A stretch of 64,000 bases of DNA from a virus, in the IMG/VR virus record IMGVR_UViG_3300037840_000188, positions 1 to 64,000 of that record; one strand, 5' to 3'. The notes under the pieces were generated by a model. The model was not told where the DNA came from and did no database searches. It saw only the letters and a program-made list of their open reading frames with translations. Below, piece by piece: positions 18,511 through 28,447 of this stretch. Every line of letters begins with the position of its first letter. Positions within the stretch are counted from its first letter, which is position 1. The translations under genes were made by a program, and so were the position numbers.

Positions 18511-19322
18511 TCGCTACGGCTACTCGCACCGACACCCTGCTCTCTATCGAGAACGTCTCGCTCTCTTATGGGCAGAACGTCGTGCTTCGCGATGTAAATG
18601 CTTCCATCAAAGACTTGGTGCGACCTGGGTGCGTGACGGGGCAGGTTGTTTCTATTCTCGGAAGATCCGGCTGCGGAAAGACATCCCTACTTCGGATTAT
18701 CGCTGGTCTTCAGAAAGCGACAAGCGGATCGGTAACACTGGGGAAAGATCGTGCGCCAGCGAAAGCCGGTGATGTCGGCTTGGTGAGTCAGAATTACCTG
18801 CTCTATCGCAATAGAGACGTGCTGAGTAATCTCGTGATCGCGGCGCGTCAGTCCCGCGACAATCCGAACGCCAGGATAGCGACACAAAGGGCTATTGACC
18901 TTCTCGACGATTTCGGCTTGCTCGACAAGAAACACTTATATCCATCGCAATTATCAGGAGGCCAGAAACAGAGAGTATCCATCGCCCAGCAAATATTGGC
19001 CTGCGGTGAGATGCTTCTCTGGGACGAGCCGACCGCCGGACTGGACCCAATCGCCAAGAAGAAGGTGTGCGAACTGGTCGGTAAGGTAGCCAATCGAGAT
19101 GAGCTTTCAAGTTGCCTGATCGTCACGCATGACATCCCGTCCGCCGTAACTGTCAGCGACACCTTATGGTTGATCGGCACGCCGCATGGAGAGACCGGCT
19201 CGCGGATCGTTCAGGAGTATGACTTGATCTCTATGGGGCTGGCTTTCCAGCCGGATATACAGCGCCTGCCCGAATTCACCGCCACCGTCCGCGAGCTTCA
19301 GGATCGCTTTGCGACCCTCTGA
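18507..19322 (+). CDS. ABC transporter ATP-binding protein
   Basis: GRSGCGKT, LSGGQKQR, LLWDEP, VTHD. Confidence 0.93.
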   Translation: MIATATRTDTLLSIENVSLSYGQNVVLRDVNASIKDLVRPGCVTGQVVSILGRSGCGKTSLLRIIAGLQKATSGSVTLGKDRAPAKAGDVGLVSQNYLLYRNRDVLSNLVIAARQSRDNPNARIATQRAIDLLDDFGLLDKKHLYPSQLSGGQKQRVSIAQQILACGEMLLWDEPTAGLDPIAKKKVCELVGKVANRDELSSCLIVTHDIPSAVTVSDTLWLIGTPHGETGSRIVQEYDLISMGLAFQPDIQRLPEFTATVRELQDRFATL

Positions 19323-19909
19323 GGCCCACCTATGATCTCCCCACCAATCCAAGCCAGATAACAGCAGATACAAGCTACCGACATAGCCACGCCAATCGTC
19401 TCTGAGTGCGCCGAGGCCGACAGTAAGGTTAGTGCGTCCAGCAATAGATACCCGGCCAGCACGCGCCCATTCCAGTCCCTCCACCCGAGTACCAGGGAGA
19501 GTCCCAGAAAGACGCTACAGAGCCCGTATCCGACGTATGCGGTCTCCAGCCAGAATCCGGGCCAGCGGGGAGCGGCGGACAGTACTATTCCCGCCATGCC
19601 CGTCACCGCAGCGCACGCCACGTAGCCGGTCGTAGTCAGCCTGCGCCCAGCATCACACGTCAACAGGATATTGCCAACGCACAACAGCGCTCCTTTTGTC
19701 ATCCACGCATCCGCATACCAGTGGCCTGGCGTCAGCATCAGAATGACGCTGCCCGCAACCGACAGTGCGAGGTACCACCGTAGTATCCGCCACCGCGTCA
19801 GGAGCGCAAGCGCCGCGCGGAGAGCGACATTGATGAACCAGGAAAGGTGGACGGGGCCCAGGCTAATTACCGGGACCGCCACCAGGGCCTGTGGGCGAAG
19901 GATCGTCAT
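19298..19909 (-). CDS. multi-pass membrane protein
   Basis: about 6-7 hydrophobic segments. Confidence 0.55.
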   Translation of the reverse strand: MTILRPQALVAVPVISLGPVHLSWFINVALRAALALLTRWRILRWYLALSVAGSVILMLTPGHWYADAWMTKGALLCVGNILLTCDAGRRLTTTGYVACAAVTGMAGIVLSAAPRWPGFWLETAYVGYGLCSVFLGLSLVLGWRDWNGRVLAGYLLLDALTLLSASAHSETIGVAMSVACICCYLAWIGGEIIGGPQRVAKRS

Positions 19910-20234
19910 CTGGCTTTATGCCACCTTCTGGCTCTGGCTCCGGGTGGCATTTTGGGCATCTCCCGTCTTCGAGGAGCTGGCTATCGCATTCGTCACAGGT
20001 CATGGCTTTAGTTTACACCGCCGAAGCAGAGAACGCAGCCGTCCCATCGCCAGCGCCTTGAATCCCTCGATCAATCCCTTGGCCGACCAAACGGCGGCGG
20101 CAATTACAATTCCGACCTGTATGATTCGGTCCAATCGAACAAGCGATACCGCATTTTTCTTTATTGAGGGAGATTTATCGGTATTTGTTCTGTCAGCAGA
20201 ACGGTAGTTTTTCAGTGGCGGCTAGCGACGGCAA

Positions 20235-20570
20235 CTAGTCCCCATGCGCAGGTCGCGCCCGCCGATGAGGTGCCTTGAAGTGGTCTTCGAGATCATCGAA
20301 GCGTTGGTCGACTGCCGCGAACTGTTGATCCATGCGCTTATCGACTGCTGCAAACCGCGTGTCATCCTTGGTGTCATGCGCCGCCATCTTGGTGTCAAAA
20401 TGAGAATTGACGCTGGTAGTAACGTCCTCGACAATACCTGGCCGAATCGAACGGACAGATTTCAGGAGCGAGCGGCCACCCCAAAGAGCGGCTGTCCAGA
20501 CAATGCCTTCGACGGCTTTCCATCCTAAATCGGTAAGCACTTTCTGTTGATCCGGTGTTAACCATTGCAT
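20235..20570 (-). CDS. putative holin-like or lysis accessory protein
   Basis: one hydrophobic segment plus coiled coil; immediately downstream of endolysin. Confidence 0.35.
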   Translation of the reverse strand: MQWLTPDQQKVLTDLGWKAVEGIVWTAALWGGRSLLKSVRSIRPGIVEDVTTSVNSHFDTKMAAHDTKDDTRFAAVDKRMDQQFAAVDQRFDDLEDHFKAPHRRARPAHGD

Positions 20571-21056
20571 TTAGGTGGCCACTCCTGTGCGGACTGATTG
20601 TAATGCGTTCTGAACCGTACCGGAATGTGCCTCGGCATCGATCTCGGTGTAATAATTCGGATCGGTAGCATAGTGCGCGGCTACGCCTTTTATGAAGGCA
20701 TCAAGGTCGTGATCCTGCTGATACTGTCCCCATGCTGATGCATAAACGCCTTGCTGAATCAGGCGCGCATGGTCGGAAAAGCAATCGGCTAGGTTATCGT
20801 ATTTCTCGAAAGCCAGCGGCATTTCTTCCCACTGACCGTTCAGGTACTCATGGGTCAGAACGTATTGGACGCCAGAGCCGTGCGCATCGGCCTTAATGCC
20901 GAAGCAATTGTTATTTGGTGCGCGCGAGCCCCAAGCGCTTTCGAAAATTGCCTGAGCGAGTGTGAGCGTTGCGGGAATACCAGTTGCCTGCTCAGAGGCT
21001 ATGGCTGCTGGGGCTGCAACGGTATTGAGCCACGCGAGTTGATCAGGGCTCGGCAT
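20571..21056 (-). CDS. endolysin, GH73/FlgJ-like glucosaminidase
   Basis: LAQAIFESAWG, NNCFGIKA, YATDPNY motifs. Confidence 0.9.
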   Translation of the reverse strand: MPSPDQLAWLNTVAAPAAIASEQATGIPATLTLAQAIFESAWGSRAPNNNCFGIKADAHGSGVQYVLTHEYLNGQWEEMPLAFEKYDNLADCFSDHARLIQQGVYASAWGQYQQDHDLDAFIKGVAAHYATDPNYYTEIDAEAHSGTVQNALQSVRTGVAT

Positions 21057-21059
21057 TAT

Positions 21060-21386
21060 CTATTGGACCGCTGCGGAGGTGACGTGCTCAGCATAATCGA
21101 AGCAAACCGTGTTTGCCGCCGCATCGCAGCCGCACTGCGTATTACCAGACGAGACTGAGATGTTTCCGCTCCCCCCGCCACCAATTCCACCCCACGCGCC
21201 CATCTGCCACGGCGGATCGCCGCAATATGGCGTAAACGGCAGAAGCCAAGGCACTGCATTCGGCCACGGATACATCGGGACTGTGACCGGCTGAATCTGC
21301 GGCGCAACCACTACGCAATCACAGAAACTCACATTTGGCGAGCAGCCGCGCCCGCACTTCGGGCAGATCCATCCTTGTCGTTCCAT
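21060..21386 (-). CDS. hypothetical protein
   Basis: GWICPKCG..SP..C motif common in phage small proteins. Confidence 0.5.
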   Translation of the reverse strand: MERQGWICPKCGRGCSPNVSFCDCVVVAPQIQPVTVPMYPWPNAVPWLLPFTPYCGDPPWQMGAWGGIGGGGSGNISVSSGNTQCGCDAAANTVCFDYAEHVTSAAVQ

Positions 21387-21435
21387 TTCCTGTAATTGTA
21401 ACCAAAGCCACCTATTTACCGCAACTCGTGTAGAC

Positions 21436-21506
21436 GCAAAAACGCCCCCACCAAATCCCGACGGCGTCTCTCGGAGGAGGTGGAGACACCAGATTCGATG
21501 GGGGCT
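21436..21506 (-). terminator. intrinsic terminator
   Basis: GCCCCCATCGAATC...GATTTGGTGGGGGC stem followed by GTTTTT on - strand. Confidence 0.55.
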
Positions 21507-21532
21507 GGGCCGATGTAGACTGGCTCGGAAAA

Positions 21533-21892
21533 TTAAGCGGCGGGGGCTGGCGCGCTCGCGTTTGAAGCCGTCACTGCCAACTGAATAACCGTATTCAGTA
21601 ATGAGGTGGCGGCTGCTGGTGCATGATTCTTCTGGAGTATCGCCGTTCCAAGATTGAGAGCGACGTTGCCAGCTGTTTGTCCATCCTGAATAGCCGTGAT
21701 CGCCGGTAGTGCATATTTCGTCGCGACCGTATTCAGCTCGGTTAGTGTCTTATTCGGAGCGATGGTGTTGATGTCGGTGACAATCTCCATCGCAGCGGGA
21801 AGAAGGCCAGCGATTTCCTTTTCAACAGCCTCGGCCTTGGGACTCGTGAAGAAACCCTTAATGTCTGAAAATAAATTAGAGAACCAGCTCAT
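21533..21892 (-). CDS. hypothetical protein
   Basis: GAAAGG RBS; 119 aa helical. Confidence 0.6.
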   Translation of the reverse strand: MSWFSNLFSDIKGFFTSPKAEAVEKEIAGLLPAAMEIVTDINTIAPNKTLTELNTVATKYALPAITAIQDGQTAGNVALNLGTAILQKNHAPAAATSLLNTVIQLAVTASNASAPAPAA

Positions 21893-22133
21893 TCGTTAAA
21901 ACCTTTCTTTGTGATGCGCTCTTGCGCTTATCGATCACCAGTGTTGCATAATGAAAGCTGGGAGTAAATGGCAAAAATTAAAAAAGCAGGCCGTCCGAAG
22001 ATTATCACCCCATGTGGCTGGTGTGGTAAGCATTTTGGCGTTGCGGATCTTCGTAAACACGGCCCGAAGTGTTCGAAGAGACCGCGTCTTTAGTTTGACG
22101 GCCAAGCTCTCCTCGCTACGTCTTTACAGGCGA

Positions 22134-22970
22134 CTACTTCCCCGGTACGGTAGTAACCGTATTTTTCACATTGATTCCAAGTGGCCAGAAATGGGAGATG
22201 AGAGGCGCAGCGGCAGCGCCCAATACGGACTTAGCGCCCAGTTCCGCAAATGCTTCCCAGAATGTCGGCTTTCGGGGGTTCAGCATGTTGTGAACATCCA
22301 TCGTCACGAGCGCCAGATTTCCCATCGTCTTATTGCCGTTATCGCTCATCAGGACGAGGTTTGCGGTAATCTTCTTCAGATCGGGATCAGCCAGTAGCGC
22401 ATCTGCCGTCCCGATGGTCGTCTTGAGTTCTGTGACAGTGAGAGTCCCGGCATCGAGAAGCTTCGTCGCGGCGGCGGCGGTCGGGCGCAGATCGCCGACG
22501 AGTCCATCCAAGGAATCGGTCGCACCTTTTAATGAATCAAGATTCGCATTAAAGCGAGGAATCGTATCGCGGCTGACTTGCCCGATCACGCCATTCAGCG
22601 ATGAGATAGCACCGTCGAGGTTCTGTATCGCAACGAACCCGGCGGTCGTTGCGTTGACTAGCTGCTGGGTAACCTGCGCGGTCTGCGGCTCTTCCGCCTT
22701 CGCAATCCGATTCGCGTCCTGAGCCGTCTGCTTCAGCGCGTTAGCGGCTGCTGTCGCATTCTGAAGGAGGTTTTTGGTCAGGAACAGGAGACCGTCATCA
22801 CCGTTCTTGTGCTGGCCCTTAAGCGCCGTGTTCACCATAGTGAGAGTGGTATCGGCGTCCGCGCGGGCGATTCGCTCCGTCAGGGCGAACTCTACTCCGA
22901 CCCAGATCAGGACGCCCAACGCTGCTGTGGTCAGAGCGATGTATATTTTGTGGTGGTCGGGGATGGTCAT
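22134..22970 (-). CDS. membrane-anchored coiled-coil protein (spanin- or MCE-linker-like)
   Basis: N-terminal TM, long Ala/Thr-rich helix, near lysis genes. Confidence 0.45.
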   Translation of the reverse strand: MTIPDHHKIYIALTTAALGVLIWVGVEFALTERIARADADTTLTMVNTALKGQHKNGDDGLLFLTKNLLQNATAAANALKQTAQDANRIAKAEEPQTAQVTQQLVNATTAGFVAIQNLDGAISSLNGVIGQVSRDTIPRFNANLDSLKGATDSLDGLVGDLRPTAAAATKLLDAGTLTVTELKTTIGTADALLADPDLKKITANLVLMSDNGNKTMGNLALVTMDVHNMLNPRKPTFWEAFAELGAKSVLGAAAAPLISHFWPLGINVKNTVTTVPGK

Positions 22971-22985
22971 GGAATATTCAATGTG

Positions 22986-23672
22986 TCAACACGGTCCAGA
23001 ACCGACGCCAGCCGCCAGCGTACAAACTGCGGGTAAAAATTCCACAATCGATGCCCCATATGTACTGGTGGTACCCAGCGTCCATCCGGTGGCGTAGACG
23101 GTACCACTAACGCCTGGCAGAACGTAGGCCGATAAATTAACAATCGTGCCGGAGATTTGCGCTGCTGACATCGCTGAGAATCCTCCAGTGGGGCCAGAAT
23201 TGGCCGTCTGGAGCGCCCCGATCATTCCGATGATCGCCGTTCCGCTGCGGCTGGCCGTCACAGAGGGCGTTACGGGTCCGGTTCCGCTGCCTTTGCTTCC
23301 AGATGCTCCATCGAAGACAGTTCCCACTGAATTTATCCCAAACCATTCCGTTATAACAACAGCACTGGCTCCGGATGCGGGCGTAACGGTCACAGATGTA
23401 CAGCCCGCAGAAACGTGCTGTGCGTAGTAAATCCAGGCCCCGCGATTGCCGCCTGAGGCTATCGCCTCAGTCCATGTTCCGCATCCAGAGATGCTTGACA
23501 ATGCGGTGACCACCGAAACCGCAATCGTAGCAACCAGCGTATCGTTGGCATTCGTGGCCGTAATAGTGACCGCATTAGCCCCAGACGCCACCGCTCTTGC
23601 GCCACCATTAAACGGACCAAGGATGGCCGCATGACACGACAAACTGAAAATTAAAATTGCGACAAATCTCAT
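22986..23672 (-). CDS. secreted or virion beta-rich protein
   Basis: signal peptide MRFVAILIFSLSCHA; Gly/Ser/Thr-rich strands. Confidence 0.6.
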   Translation of the reverse strand: MRFVAILIFSLSCHAAILGPFNGGARAVASGANAVTITATNANDTLVATIAVSVVTALSSISGCGTWTEAIASGGNRGAWIYYAQHVSAGCTSVTVTPASGASAVVITEWFGINSVGTVFDGASGSKGSGTGPVTPSVTASRSGTAIIGMIGALQTANSGPTGGFSAMSAAQISGTIVNLSAYVLPGVSGTVYATGWTLGTTSTYGASIVEFLPAVCTLAAGVGSGPC

Positions 23673-23686
23673 TTTCCCTGACTGGC

Positions 23687-24355
23687 CTACTGATAGAGTA
23701 TCGTCACCGGCATAGCCGAAGAACAGCCAGTCCCCCCTGTGGCGGTAGTGGCTTCTCCAGTGCTTATCGCGGTGCTCAGATTGAAGCTCGCGATTGAGCC
23801 GGGCGCAAACACGAACGTTCCTCCCGCCAGAACTCCAATCGGGTGGAGGGCATTCGTTCCGAGAACGGCTGAGGCGGAATTATAGAACTGTAGAAAGCAA
23901 GTAGCCGTATTCGGATTGTAGCCGTAAAATCCATATACGTTTCCCGCGCTGCCCTTTACGTTTGTGGCTGCTGTTGCGGCTACGTCTGTCGCAGTGAAGG
24001 CATACGTGCTGCCTGCCTGTGGCGTCGGGTTGAACGTTCCACTCACTGCTACCGCCGTACCGCTCGAAACCCCCTGGATGCTGACTACATTCGCGGACGG
24101 AGTTCCTGCTGTGCCAACGGCGGACCCGGCAATGGTGTTCGCGTCTTCGGCAACGGTTACGCGCTGCGATCCGGTTCCGGTAGCACCTGTTCCCGTCAGG
24201 ACAGTGACCGCGTTAACCTGCGCCAGATTAGTGAGCCACGCCGCTGCGTTTCCAGCCTGCGGCCCCTGAGAGACTGGCTGCTGTGCGATGACAATCACCG
24301 CCAGAGACAGCACGCATACGGTTATTTTGACGATGTTCCGACTTTTACTGGTCAT
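23687..24355 (-). CDS. secreted or virion beta-rich protein
   Basis: hydrophobic N-terminus; VKGSAGNVYG..FLQFYN motif. Confidence 0.6.
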   Translation of the reverse strand: MTSKSRNIVKITVCVLSLAVIVIAQQPVSQGPQAGNAAAWLTNLAQVNAVTVLTGTGATGTGSQRVTVAEDANTIAGSAVGTAGTPSANVVSIQGVSSGTAVAVSGTFNPTPQAGSTYAFTATDVAATAATNVKGSAGNVYGFYGYNPNTATCFLQFYNSASAVLGTNALHPIGVLAGGTFVFAPGSIASFNLSTAISTGEATTATGGTGCSSAMPVTILYQ

Positions 24356-24499
24356 GATGTTTTTTCTCCGCGCGATGCAACCTTATGCGAACAGCCCAGT
24401 TTTTTATCGACCTGAAGTGACGGCTCGATGCTTCGATTGAACCTGGGATAAGAAGGACGACGCCTATAATTAATTCGATCTCAATGCGGCTCGGGACGC

Positions 24500-24946
24500 T
24501 CATGACAATTCCACCACTCCCACAAGACCGCCAGATGCACTACTGATCGCCTGAACCGCTCCCGTCCATATTAAACCTGGTGGCCCACACCATGGCTGGC
24601 TCGATGCGTCGTTATTTACTCCACAGGCAGGAAGAGCCATTGTGTAATTATTTTGATCCGGCACCCCGGAGCCAAGGAGAAGCTTCACTACGGTAGTTCC
24701 CTGATTTTGAATGATAAATCCTTTTCTGTTGGCATTTGCAGGCAAGAGGGTGATTGCGGATGTACCGACTGTCTTCTGCGATGGGCTCGTTGCCGTATCG
24801 CTGGTTGCCTCAGTAACCTCTACCTGAAGAGTACCGGATACCACTACAGAAGCACCGCCATCGGATAGCGGTAAGCCATAAACGTATCCCGATGGGTCCA
24901 CTCCAGCTACTGCCGGTCTGGATATTGGAGTGAGAGTGCTGGCCAT
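24500..24946 (-). CDS. small virion decoration-like protein
   Basis: LPANANRKGFIIQNQG...WTGAVQAI. Confidence 0.55.
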   Translation of the reverse strand: MASTLTPISRPAVAGVDPSGYVYGLPLSDGGASVVVSGTLQVEVTEATSDTATSPSQKTVGTSAITLLPANANRKGFIIQNQGTTVVKLLLGSGVPDQNNYTMALPACGVNNDASSQPWCGPPGLIWTGAVQAISSASGGLVGVVELS

Positions 24947-24949
24947 TAA

Positions 24950-25129
24950 CTATGGAGTCTTCGGGTAATTTTCGTTGAGCCAATCCCTTAGCTTACCGGC
25001 CAATTCTGGCGTCATCCACACCCGCGAGCAGGCGTGGCCTTCTGGATTATTCAATTGGAGGTACAGGACTTCTGTTTCGCCTTTAGCGACATCAAGGCCG
25101 AGTTCCAGTTCTATGAAGTTGGGGTCCAT
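24950..25129 (-). CDS. hypothetical protein
   Basis: MDPNF start coupled to the upstream stop. Confidence 0.45.
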   Translation of the reverse strand: MDPNFIELELGLDVAKGETEVLYLQLNNPEGHACSRVWMTPELAGKLRDWLNENYPKTP

Positions 25130-25476
25130 TACTGAGTCGCCCCCAGTTCCGCAGCGAAGCGCGACCTGATGGCGGGATCTACCGCCTGAAATGCCAGTTG
25201 GGTTTCGGGGTTGCTCCATATTTCGCCGACGGTAGCGAACATCGCCCGATAAAACCAGTCAAGCAGGGGAAAGTCTGGCGCGCCATGCTCCTGAACTGAA
25301 CGGAGCGCGGCGATATAACGGCCTACCGATCCGGGCTGATCGGTGTCGATCTTTTTCATTGCTGCGATAATCGCGTTGGCGTCTTCTTTTGAGATGCCCT
25401 TGTCTTTCATCGCTTCGATTAGTTCGGTCATATAGCCCCTGTCGATGGCATCCTGAGTGCTATTGTATACAACCAA
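25129..25476 (-). CDS. hypothetical protein
   Basis: ORF in co-directional run. Confidence 0.45.
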   Translation of the reverse strand: MVVYNSTQDAIDRGYMTELIEAMKDKGISKEDANAIIAAMKKIDTDQPGSVGRYIAALRSVQEHGAPDFPLLDWFYRAMFATVGEIWSNPETQLAFQAVDPAIRSRFAAELGATQ

Positions 25477-25760
25477 TGTCCCGTATCATCGCATCGCCAG
25501 TCTGGAAATTGCGCTTCAGGCACCACGATAACGGGTCCGACTGGCTTACGCGGTCCATCGGAGTCTGGAGTGTGTCCCATCACAGTGATGAGTCCGCCGG
25601 GAAATGCGGGTCCGATGGTTGTATACGTCCGAGAGCACCTGAGGCCGTTATTGATTGGAAATACCCCAACTGTCGCTTCTGGTGGCCTTTGAGCGCACCC
25701 GAGAGTGACTGCGGCGGCAAATATACACATCACATTCATGCAGTTATTCAAAGTCATCAC
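25428..25760 (-). CDS. putative lipoprotein
   Basis: hydrophobic stretch ending TLGC (lipobox-like). Confidence 0.4.
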   Translation of the reverse strand: MMTLNNCMNVMCIFAAAVTLGCAQRPPEATVGVFPINNGLRCSRTYTTIGPAFPGGLITVMGHTPDSDGPRKPVGPVIVVPEAQFPDWRCDDTGHWLYTIALRMPSTGAI

Positions 25761-25763
25761 GAT

Positions 25764-26393
25764 CTACTTGATCGCGGCTGCGATGGCCGCTTTTGCCTCG
25801 TCGGAGTTTGGCCAACCGATGACAGCGGTCATCTGTGGAGTTGGAAACTGAAGGCAGATTTGAGCGAACAGACCATTGGGAGCTTTCAGGCTCGCGAGGA
25901 ACAGATCCTCCTTCGTATTGTTCGCCCATCGTAAGACGAACATCTGAGTACCATCCGAGCGCACAATCGGAGTCGTTGAATAGGCATTTAGTCGCGCGCC
26001 TTCAATCATGGTCCAGACTTCAGCAGTCAACTGGATCGTGATCGTCTCGGCGGAGTTTTGCAGCACCGGGACGGGCGAGGCATTCGGCCTAATCCACTGA
26101 GCGGCGAACCGGATGGAGGTTTTCCCGTCGGACTCTTTTGCCGGGGCGAAGGCCTGAGTGAGTTGCGCCGAATGGTCTGCGCTTCCGTCGTTCGACCTAA
26201 GGCGGAAGTTTTCAAGCACAGCGGACATCTGCGCCGTGATCGGGACCGCGATAGAACCAGCGACCTGCGGCGTTGGAGTCTGAACGACGAGCCCGCTGCG
26301 GTTTTTATTTATCGCGTCCTTTAACGCTTGAGGGCTTTGCGGTTGCTGAGCAAACAGCGAACCAGTAATAAGAATTACGGCAAATAGACGCAT
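25764..26393 (-). CDS. secreted hypothetical protein
   Basis: AGGAG RBS; signal peptide MRLFAVILITGSLFAQ. Confidence 0.6.
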   Translation of the reverse strand: MRLFAVILITGSLFAQQPQSPQALKDAINKNRSGLVVQTPTPQVAGSIAVPITAQMSAVLENFRLRSNDGSADHSAQLTQAFAPAKESDGKTSIRFAAQWIRPNASPVPVLQNSAETITIQLTAEVWTMIEGARLNAYSTTPIVRSDGTQMFVLRWANNTKEDLFLASLKAPNGLFAQICLQFPTPQMTAVIGWPNSDEAKAAIAAAIK

Positions 26394-27751
26394 TTGAAAA
26401 CTCCTGATGTGTTGACCCAAACGAGAGAACCACCACCACTGCCTTTGCAGGTCGAGTTGCTTACCACGTTAGCCGTCACGGTCGTAACTTGACAATCAGA
26501 GCAATAAAACACCGAACCCGCACCGGGTGCGGTCGTCGTCCATTGCGCGAGATTCTGCGGACCCTGTGTGATCCACCCGGCGATGTACGCTTGGTATACG
26601 TCTTCGAGGTCAAGACTTCGGATTGTGCTCGGACAGATCAGTGCGGCGCACTGCGTTCCTACACCGTTTTCATAGATGGCCGCGACCGGACCTGTGCTGG
26701 ACCCGGTTCCGTTGATATACAGGCCATATGTATGAGCGCCGCCGTCTTCGCCGATGATTTGCTGCCCGCTGATCGCGGCAACGTCACCAGTCAAAGGGAA
26801 GCCTGCATCTCCGCCATCGACCAGCGCGAACACAGCGGCGGTCCCCCCTGTGGCACTTGGGAAAGTCCCTATTACGCTTGTACCATCCCCCCATACCAAA
26901 TGCGCTCGAACGGCTTCCTGCCCATTTATTACGGCAGTTGTGGATGTGTTGTATGAATCAACCTGAATTCCGTATTCCTGCCCGCAGTTCGAGACGCACG
27001 GAACAGAAGTGGTGGAGCTGAAGATGCTTTGGAATAACCCTGCTGGAGAGCCATCCGAACCACCGCCCGCCGTAATGGCAATAGTACCCTGAATGGCTGA
27101 TCGAGTATCAGGCCCGGTGATCTGGTCAAGGTATTGCATTGACGTAATCTGATTTGTCCACAAGGAAGGAAAGTAGCCACCTGCCATCGTACTTACCATG
27201 TTCTGCTGGCAGCAATTATCGAAGTTCCCGGCACAATTCGTATCCGTGAAACTTGCACCTGGCGTGACTCTAATTACCAGAACTCCAGCAGTGCATCCTG
27301 TAGGAACAGGAGAGAACAGATCAATAGAGATTTCCCAACCCACGATACCTGATCCGGCAGGAGCAAGCGGCGTCGTGATGACGTTGTTGACATTGGTGTG
27401 GTCTACAGCCGTCACCTTGCAGGATGCACAAGTCGTAGAACTAGCAGCAGTCTCTCCCATCGGACATGAATAACTCTGTCCGAGACTACTGAGCATACAC
27501 GTAGCAACTGAACTATCTGGTGTGTTCGGGAAATTATCACGGAACCCGTTCAGGACATAAACCAGCGTTCCATCCGTACCTGTGCCGCCATGCTTGACCA
27601 CAGTCGGAGGAGGCGCAATTACGTCCCCCACAGAGACAGACGGAGTAACGAGGCCACCCCCACTACTCGCACTTCCCGGCGGCGTCGTGACTACCTGAGC
27701 AAAACCAGCAGATGCGAGAAGGGCGACGGTGAATATTTTTTTCAGTTCCAT
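26375..27751 (-). CDS. tail fibre-like Gly/Thr-rich protein with signal peptide
   Basis: MELKKIFTVALLASAGFAQ; C-terminal GSVFYCSDC...C..GGG module. Confidence 0.55.
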   Translation of the reverse strand: MELKKIFTVALLASAGFAQVVTTPPGSASSGGGLVTPSVSVGDVIAPPPTVVKHGGTGTDGTLVYVLNGFRDNFPNTPDSSVATCMLSSLGQSYSCPMGETAASSTTCASCKVTAVDHTNVNNVITTPLAPAGSGIVGWEISIDLFSPVPTGCTAGVLVIRVTPGASFTDTNCAGNFDNCCQQNMVSTMAGGYFPSLWTNQITSMQYLDQITGPDTRSAIQGTIAITAGGGSDGSPAGLFQSIFSSTTSVPCVSNCGQEYGIQVDSYNTSTTAVINGQEAVRAHLVWGDGTSVIGTFPSATGGTAAVFALVDGGDAGFPLTGDVAAISGQQIIGEDGGAHTYGLYINGTGSSTGPVAAIYENGVGTQCAALICPSTIRSLDLEDVYQAYIAGWITQGPQNLAQWTTTAPGAGSVFYCSDCQVTTVTANVVSNSTCKGSGGGSLVWVNTSGVFKCVYLP

Positions 27752-28110
27752 GAGAATGAGACACCTTGACCTGGAGTCAGAGAATCCATCCAGATAGAAT
27801 TTAATGGCCAAATGGCGGCATTGCCGCCGGGATTGCAGGCAAAGCGGTCGCCATGCCGCCCCGCAGTGGCGGATGGGTCCAGGGGCGTCCCAAGTTGATT
27901 TGCTGCCGAGACCCCGTTCGTATAACCCAACCAGACCACATCCGTATTGGATGCAAGGGGAGTAATGGAGCAGACCCCGCTCTTCGGCGGATTGCAACTT
28001 GCACAGAGTTGAACTGGTGTTCCGGGTGTCGTGACCGTCACTTTTCCCTGACCACCTGGGAAAATCGGGACAACAAGGAGAATCGCTAGAACGAAAAGGC
28101 GCTTCAGCAT
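27742..28110 (-). CDS. small secreted or virion protein
   Basis: signal peptide; VTVTTPGTPVQL...NTDVVWLG. Confidence 0.55.
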   Translation of the reverse strand: MLKRLFVLAILLVVPIFPGGQGKVTVTTPGTPVQLCASCNPPKSGVCSITPLASNTDVVWLGYTNGVSAANQLGTPLDPSATAGRHGDRFACNPGGNAAIWPLNSIWMDSLTPGQGVSFSWN

Positions 28111-28209
28111 ACCTGAATTGTATAAGATGTTTGCCCTGAACACTTTACCGTAAACATGACATCTGGAGTATTTTTATTGCCATACGCTGTGGCATAATGT
28201 CGAGCAAGA

Positions 28210-28419
28210 GTGCCAACCCGTGCTGAGACGACCGCCGAAGCAGCAATCAAAACGTGGATCGCCCGAAATCGCGGTGCAATTTCCCGAACTGCCATGGAGG
28301 AGGGCGTGAGTCCTACGACAGTTCATCTCGTAGCCTTCAATAAACGTGCCTCGCGCGATCTGCGGATCGAGCGGGCGTTGAAGGTGTTGGGGTGTCCACT
28401 CATTCAGAAGATAGGCTAA
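28210..28419 (+). CDS. small Cro-like HTH protein
   Basis: ISRTAMEEGVSPTTVHLV helix-turn-helix pattern at a divergence point. Confidence 0.55.
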   Translation: MPTRAETTAEAAIKTWIARNRGAISRTAMEEGVSPTTVHLVAFNKRASRDLRIERALKVLGCPLIQKIG

Positions 28420-28447
28420 GACCACGTCTGCGATATTTTTTCTTGGT

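Noticed and set aside
28175-28199. TGCCA-N7-TGGCA palindrome as an operator of the Cro-like gene
   Set aside because: Single short copy that I could not corroborate elsewhere; plausible but unsupported.
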